NCBI RefSeq assembly: GCF_900079115.1
Contig: NZ_LT549890.1
Location: 2,820,001 to 2,852,000 of the forward strand
Length of the DNA stretch: 32,000 bases
Reading direction: 5' to 3'
Origin: Saccharolobus solfataricus
Lineage (GTDB): Archaea; Thermoproteota; Thermoprotei_A; Sulfolobales; Sulfolobaceae
In this document: positions 26,813 to 32,000 of the stretch, piece after piece
Layout: each line of letters opens with the position of its first letter
Position numbering within the stretch: position 1 is the first letter of the stretch
Position numbers and translations under genes: made by a program
The notes under the pieces: generated by a model
Databases searched by the model: none
The model's input: only the letters and a program-made list of their open reading frames with translations
What the model was told of the DNA's origin: nothing

Positions 26813-28981
26813 TTATCTTCTTCTTACCACTACATAAGCTACTACTGCTATAATTACAATTATAACAACAATTATACCAGCAATAACACCAGTAGATAAC
26901 CCACTAGATGTTGACACAGTACTAGTTACCGAAGTAGTACTCATAGAGGTTGTAGTAGTGACAGATGTTGACGCACTCGTTGTAGTAACAGTTGAAGTAC
27001 TTGTGGAAGTCTGAGTTACTGTTGATGTGGAAGGCTGCAACATAGCTAATAATGATGGTGGTGTTGCAGTATTGGCCTTGCCGTATATGAATGCAAGTAA
27101 ATCTTGCCAAGCAGCTTGAGTATAAGCAACCTCTTGTGCGTTAGACATACCAGGAGGTCTAGGAGCAAGATTCATTAACATTAATAGATTTCCTCCTATC
27201 CAAGGTTCCACATTCCATGTATAGAAGTATTGTGGAGTCGAAAATCCAATATAGTATTGGTCCTCATATTCGTATCTTGGATATGCGTCAAAGACCACTG
27301 GGATTGCGGGTAAATCCTTTATTAGAATAGCTGCCATTTTATTATATATCTGTTTTAGTAATGTTACATTTGTTGTATCTCCAGCCTGTATCCAAAGGTC
27401 TATAAATTCCTTAGGAGGGATCCATCTACCAAAATCAGAATATACATATACCCCAATAGTTTCTAGAGCAGTTACGTTTGGCTGATCAGTACCAGGTATA
27501 AGTGGAGGTATGAACGCAGATTCCCACACATAATAAGGACTGTAAGCATTAGTGATCCAGTATATTAAATCATACTGACCCCCATCAAGAGCCGGGCCGA
27601 ACATTTGTGAAGGAGTTTCTGACACAACATTAATCTGTAGTCCTATCTGTGCTAGATCCTCTGCAATTAGTTGAGTAGTGGCATAGGTATCAGAGAAACC
27701 TTGATAATTTATCATTGTATAAGTTGGTAGTGGTGTACCATTAGGGAAACTTAATTTTCCATTAATTATTTTTAGACCGTGCGATTCCAAAATCTGTATA
27801 GCTTCAGTGAGATTATACTGATCTACTTGATGGGCTTCCTGTATAATTGTTGAATTTAACCAGATTTCTTCCATTGGAGATGGTAAGAAGTCAGCAGGTG
27901 TTGGAGGAGCTCCGGTAGGTATCCCATATTGCGAACCTAAAGAAATTTGTGTTCTATTTAAGGCTAATGACAACGCGTATCTAAACCAGGTCTCGTTCCA
28001 AGGCCAATAGTTAAGCCTAGCAAAGTTTATCCACAAGAACGAGGGTTGACCTCCAGATCCATTCCCTATACTTGCCATACCATGATAATATTGAGGATTA
28101 GCATATGTAAATAACTTACTGAAAGGAGTTGATCCAGTACTTCCAGTTCCACCCCACTGCGCGATTCCTTTAGCTAGAAGGCCATATGCTTGAGCATTAC
28201 TAATCCCAACATAGTATGTGAACGTTGATATAAATGGCCTACCTGGGATCCAGTAGTATGGATTTCTATAGAATGTAGCTTGGGTTTCTGTGGCCTTAGC
28301 TAAATAATATGGACCTGTTCCCACAGGTATGGGTATTACTGCTGCAGCTGGATTCGTTAAATTAGCGTATTGTTCCCAAGGGACAATAAATTGCTCTAAT
28401 AAGTCATACAACGCGTACTGGACGTTTGGTTTACCAAAATGGAAAATAACCTCGTATGGATTAACTTCGGTTACTGTAACATTAAATGGATTTCCATAGA
28501 CCTTAAAATAGTCTTGATAAGTTGCAACCACATCCTTAGCTGAAAATGGCCATAATATTTGTCCTTGCGTACCATTAGGTAATGTTCCATTATAGTAGAA
28601 ATAAACTCCATGTCTTAGATATACAATGAAATTTGTATTATTATCTGTGAATGTCCAGTTTGTCGCCAACCATGGATAAACCTGACCTGTCATGAAATCT
28701 GCAATTCCTAATGTCTCGAATATAAACTCATAAGGAATATCATCGGATCTCTCTCCTACTCCAAACACGTTCCAATTATTAGGTACAATAGGTCCACTTC
28801 CGGTTGTTACTCCAAAAGTTGGATATGACGATGCCCATGGAAAACTATAGCTTGCTGCCGGATTTAATTGAGGTGATTGTGAATTGACTACTCTGCTACT
28901 GATAATAAATGGCATAAAGGCTGAAAGTGCCATTAATATTAATGCAGTAAGCCCTATTACATTTTTTATCTTTTTGTTCAT
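26813..28981 (-). CDS. malE: ABC substrate-binding protein, family 5 (Dpp/Opp-like). It is probably the maltose/maltodextrin-binding protein MalE, with a Ser/Thr linker and C-terminal TM anchor
   Basis: A 722-aa ORF. The N-terminal signal/TM is MNKKIKNVIGLTALILMALSAFMPFII, followed by a 47-aa S/T linker and the anchor GVIAGIIVVIIVIIAVVAYVVVRRR. The symbol rests on my recollection that the S. solfataricus maltose binding protein is an Opp-class protein encoded next to malA. Confidence 0.8.
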   Translation of the reverse strand: MNKKIKNVIGLTALILMALSAFMPFIISSRVVNSQSPQLNPAASYSFPWASSYPTFGVTTGSGPIVPNNWNVFGVGERSDDIPYEFIFETLGIADFMTGQVYPWLATNWTFTDNNTNFIVYLRHGVYFYYNGTLPNGTQGQILWPFSAKDVVATYQDYFKVYGNPFNVTVTEVNPYEVIFHFGKPNVQYALYDLLEQFIVPWEQYANLTNPAAAVIPIPVGTGPYYLAKATETQATFYRNPYYWIPGRPFISTFTYYVGISNAQAYGLLAKGIAQWGGTGSTGSTPFSKLFTYANPQYYHGMASIGNGSGGQPSFLWINFARLNYWPWNETWFRYALSLALNRTQISLGSQYGIPTGAPPTPADFLPSPMEEIWLNSTIIQEAHQVDQYNLTEAIQILESHGLKIINGKLSFPNGTPLPTYTMINYQGFSDTYATTQLIAEDLAQIGLQINVVSETPSQMFGPALDGGQYDLIYWITNAYSPYYVWESAFIPPLIPGTDQPNVTALETIGVYVYSDFGRWIPPKEFIDLWIQAGDTTNVTLLKQIYNKMAAILIKDLPAIPVVFDAYPRYEYEDQYYIGFSTPQYFYTWNVEPWIGGNLLMLMNLAPRPPGMSNAQEVAYTQAAWQDLLAFIYGKANTATPPSLLAMLQPSTSTVTQTSTSTSTVTTTSASTSVTTTTSMSTTSVTSTVSTSSGLSTGVIAGIIVVIIVIIAVVAYVVVRRR
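26891..27031 (-). repeat. Low-complexity tract encoding the Ser/Thr linker of the MalE-like protein
   Basis: Read directly, it is 47 codons dominated by S, T and V. Confidence 0.85.
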
Positions 28982-29012
28982 AACTTCACTTACGTTTCAT
29001 TCGATATTATGA

Positions 29013-29020
29013 TATATAAA
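29013..29020 (-). promoter_or_regulatory. Probable TATA box (minus-strand TTTATATA) of the MalE-like gene
   Basis: It is centred about 35 nt upstream of ATG 28981. Confidence 0.45.
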
Positions 29021-29028
29021 GTTTTATG

Positions 29029-29040
29029 TTAACTAGTTAA
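29029..29040. promoter_or_regulatory. Perfect 12-bp palindrome TTAACTAGTTAA, a candidate transcription-factor site
   Basis: It lies 8 nt upstream (minus-strand sense) of the TATA box at 29013-29020 and is identical to 22741-22752. Confidence 0.5.
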
Positions 29041-29168
29041 GTTGAATAGGGGACAGAATTTATATCGTCAAGGGATTTATAAAGAATTAAAATTTAATAA
29101 AATATTAAGTAAGAAAAATGGCGAAACTTTTATATTTATGGTATCAAACATACAAAATGTGTAATAAG

Positions 29169-30224
29169 ATGGAGTATATGAAATTTGGTAATAGTGGTTT
29201 AAAAGTGTCGAAGTTTTGTCTAGGTACATGGCATTTACCTCCGTCTAAGGAAAGGGATAGCTACGGGGTTTATAAGGTAGATGAGGAAGAGAGTAAAAAG
29301 ACAATTGTAAAGGCAATAGATCTTGGCGTAAATTTCTTTGATACTGCTAATGTCTATCATGGTGTGATGCAGGGACCAGACGTTTTCCATGTAGGTAATG
29401 CTGAAAGGATATTAGGGGAGGCAATTAAGGGATACGATAGAGAATCGTTAGTTTTAGCTACAAAGGTTCGCGGGAAGATGGCTGAACATGCTAATGGTGA
29501 AGGACTTTCAAGGAAGCACATTATGTGGCAAGTAAGAGAATCGTTGAAGAGATTGAATACTGATTATATCGATATATATTTAATGCATAGACCAGATCCA
29601 GATACACCAATAGAAGAGACTATGGAAACATTTCACGATTTGGTAAGACAAGGTAAAATACACTACATTGGTGAGAGTTATTTTGATCCGACAGACATAC
29701 CCTATTTAGTTAAGATTGCAAAAGACCTACATGTTCCTTTCATAGCCATGCAAGAACCCTATAATTTTTTAGAGAGAGACATAGAAAAAGATAAATTTAT
29801 ACTGGCAAAAACGTATGGATTAGGAATAATGGCATATATACCCTTAGCACAAGGAGTTCTTACAGGTAAATACCTTAATACTACTCCAGATATGAGTAGA
29901 GCTACATACGTACCCGAAATATCTAATAGGTATTTTACTAAAGAGAATTTCGAGGTTTTAAGGGAATTTCATGAAATTGCTAAGGAACTAGGAGTCACAG
30001 ATACCCAATTAGCCTTAGCGTGGATTTTCAAGATTCAAGAAATCAATCAAATTACCATAGTCCCTATAATAGGGGTTACAAAAATTAATCAGCTAGAGGA
30101 AAACATTGAGAGCCTAAATGTGAAGATATCGAATGATACATATAAGAAGTTAGACGAAATTTCAAAACGCGTTAAGGTAAATTGGGAAATTAAATATAAT
30201 AAGATTATAAAAAGATTTGAATAA
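29169..30224 (+). CDS. Aldo/keto reductase
   Basis: The start is moved to ATG 29169 (MEYMKFGNSGLKVSKFCLGTW, the usual AKR N-terminus). Alternatives are 29118, 29157 and 29178. The catalytic tetrad blocks are FFDTANVY, LATKV and YLMHRPD. A TTTTATATTTA box lies at 29128-29138. Confidence 0.85.
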   Translation: MEYMKFGNSGLKVSKFCLGTWHLPPSKERDSYGVYKVDEEESKKTIVKAIDLGVNFFDTANVYHGVMQGPDVFHVGNAERILGEAIKGYDRESLVLATKVRGKMAEHANGEGLSRKHIMWQVRESLKRLNTDYIDIYLMHRPDPDTPIEETMETFHDLVRQGKIHYIGESYFDPTDIPYLVKIAKDLHVPFIAMQEPYNFLERDIEKDKFILAKTYGLGIMAYIPLAQGVLTGKYLNTTPDMSRATYVPEISNRYFTKENFEVLREFHEIAKELGVTDTQLALAWIFKIQEINQITIVPIIGVTKINQLEENIESLNVKISNDTYKKLDEISKRVKVNWEIKYNKIIKRFE

Positions 30225-30304
30225 CTTTTGAGTACTTTGCCAATATAATTTTAAATTACAAAAAATCTATAGTTAAGTCATTTATATTCAACATTTGGAA
30301 ATTA

Positions 30305-32000
30305 TTAGATAGTTTTATATGGATCCGGCACTGCCTCTATTAAACGTTTAGTATACTCATGAGATGGATTGGATATAACTTCATAAGTGTTTCCCTTTTC
30401 TACTATCCTTCCCTTATAAATAACCATAATCTCGTCAGCAATATAATTTACAGTTGCAATGTCGTGGGTTATGTATAATATGCTGATACCATTCTTTTTA
30501 AACTTCTTAATTAGATTTAATATGCCTGCCCTCAACGAGGCATCTAACATGGAAACTGGTTCATCAGCAACTAACACTTTAGGTTCTACAGCAGTTGCTC
30601 TAGCTATTGCCACCCTTTGCCTTTCTCCACCAGATAGCTCATGAGGATATTTATATAGATATTTCTCGGGTGGCTTTAATCCTACATTTTTAAGAACCTC
30701 AATTATTTTCGGTAATAATTGATCTTTATTTGAAACCTTTTTATGTATGAGTAAAGGTCTCTCTACGTGCCACCTAACAGTATGACGAGGATCAAGCGAA
30801 GAGTAAGGATCTTGGAATATCATCTGAACGTTCTCCTTATACCACATAGAGTTCCTCACGCCGTATTCACTCACATCTTTTCCTAATAGAATTATCTTAC
30901 CAGAAGTCTGTTGAATCATACCAGCTAGTATTTTAGCGATAGTAGACTTACCATGTCCACTTCCGCCTACCAATGCTGTTATAGTGCCCTTCTTTAACTC
31001 AAAGGATACATCATTAACAGCATTGATGGGTTCACTTAAAATAAGGTTTTTTCTAATATAATAAATTTTACTTAAATTCAGTATCTTCATTACAACCTCA
31101 TGTTGATTGCTCTCTGATAAATCAGTTTCTGCCTTCTCCTCAGCATAATATTCTAACGGTATGGGAAGAGTAGATAAGTCAACATATCCCCCTTTTTGTA
31201 GGAAACACCTAGCCTTATGACCATCCATTATATCTCCTAAAGCTGGGTTAAGAGTGCTACATTTTTCCATCTTGAATGGACATCTATCATAAAACCTACA
31301 TGAATTAGGTACTTTCGATAGCATAAGTGGTGGATTCCCTGGTATTGATAATAATTTCTCTCGTCTCTTTACCAAAGACGGGAGGCTACTTATAAGAAGG
31401 TATGTATATGGATGAGACGGCCTTTTTATAATTTCCTCCTTTGATCCAATCTCTACTATCTCACCAGCATACATTATGCCTACTCTATCCGATATCATCA
31501 ACAACATTGATATATCATGAGATATAATTACTAAAGAAACACCTAACTGTCTTTGTATTCTCTTTAGATCCTTAAGTATTTCATATTGGACAATAACGTC
31601 CAGTCCTGTTGTAGGCTCATCGAGTATTATTAAAGAGGGGTTTAAGAGAATAGACGTAGCTATTACAACTCTTTGCCTCATACCGCCTGATAACTCATGC
31701 GGATACATATTAACTACATTATAAGGAAGATCCACTAACTCCAGTTTCTCTTTTATTAACTTACGTGCCTCTTCCACATTTACTCCATGACTTACCGCAG
31801 CTCGCATCATTTGATCACCTATTTTAGCTACTGGATCTAACGCATCCATAGCAAACTGAGGTACATACACGAACTCTTTCATTCTAAGCTTTCTGAGTTC
31901 TTCCTGAGTAATTGATAAGATATCTTTGTCTTTCAAATAAACGTGGCCCCTAAGGACTACTCCAGGGTACTTAAGTAAGCCGTAAATTGCCATTGCTAAC
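30305..32000 (-). CDS. Fused two-domain ABC ATPase (DppD-like plus DppF-like in one polypeptide). The N-terminus runs off the right window edge
   Basis: The frame stays open upstream of the listed Met (..LA-MAIYGLL). The Walker A of domain 1 is missing from the window. Domain 1 has LSGGMRQRV, ILDEPTTGLD, ISHDIS and C-x5-C-x6-C-x17-C. Domain 2 has GGSGHGKST, LSGGERQRV, LVADEPVSMLD and ITHDIA. Confidence 0.9.
   Translation of the reverse strand, partial: LAMAIYGLLKYPGVVLRGHVYLKDKDILSITQEELRKLRMKEFVYVPQFAMDALDPVAKIGDQMMRAAVSHGVNVEEARKLIKEKLELVDLPYNVVNMYPHELSGGMRQRVVIATSILLNPSLIILDEPTTGLDVIVQYEILKDLKRIQRQLGVSLVIISHDISMLLMISDRVGIMYAGEIVEIGSKEEIIKRPSHPYTYLLISSLPSLVKRREKLLSIPGNPPLMLSKVPNSCRFYDRCPFKMEKCSTLNPALGDIMDGHKARCFLQKGGYVDLSTLPIPLEYYAEEKAETDLSESNQHEVVMKILNLSKIYYIRKNLILSEPINAVNDVSFELKKGTITALVGGSGHGKSTIAKILAGMIQQTSGKIILLGKDVSEYGVRNSMWYKENVQMIFQDPYSSLDPRHTVRWHVERPLLIHKKVSNKDQLLPKIIEVLKNVGLKPPEKYLYKYPHELSGGERQRVAIARATAVEPKVLVADEPVSMLDASLRAGILNLIKKFKKNGISILYITHDIATVNYIADEIMVIYKGRIVEKGNTYEVISNPSHEYTKRLIEAVPDPYKTI

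Noticed and set aside
26922-27110. ORF 26922-27110 (-) inside the MalE-like gene
   Set aside because: It is an off-frame reading on the same strand across the Ser/Thr tract and is not independent.

Overview
This is a 32-kb AT-rich crenarchaeal chromosome segment, about 35-40% GC by my spot counts. I recognise the 693-aa GH31 enzyme at 23481-25562 as Saccharolobus (Sulfolobus) solfataricus alpha-glucosidase MalA, so this is the malA/malE sugar-utilisation region of an S. solfataricus-like genome. The layout is as follows. (i) 1-2190 holds two GC-richer IS copies. One is an ISC1217/ISH3-like DDE transposase whose 352-codon minus-strand ORF is missing from the ORF track because it runs off the left edge. 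The other is an IS5/ISC1058-like transposase broken by two -1 frame disruptions. Together they have truncated a binding-protein gene, leaving a remnant at 2198-2428. (ii) 2472-14824 is a glycoside-hydrolase and sugar-acid island. It contains a GH3 gene with five -1 frame disruptions, a TIM-barrel plus DapA-like pair sharing one TATA box, and a GH2 beta-glucuronidase. It also holds a 463-codon conserved hypothetical gene split by a 328-bp MITE with an 8-bp target duplication, a GH116 enzyme, an SMP30 lactonase and a Zn-MDR glucose-dehydrogenase paralogue. (iii) 14869-20948 is a Dpp/Opp-type ABC importer. (iv) 21537-23489 is a Gfo/Idh/MocA oxidoreductase plus TIM-barrel pair. (v) The right end carries malA, an SGNH esterase, a MalE-like binding protein, an aldo-keto reductase and a fused two-domain ABC ATPase that runs off the right edge. 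I saw no rRNA, tRNA or CRISPR. The most interesting non-coding signal is a recurrent AACTAGTT-core palindrome, including the identical 12-mer TTAACTAGTTAA twice, sitting 7-9 nt upstream of the TATA boxes of mal-side genes. I found no defence system or obviously exotic machinery. The novelty candidates are functional hypotheses and are labelled as inference.
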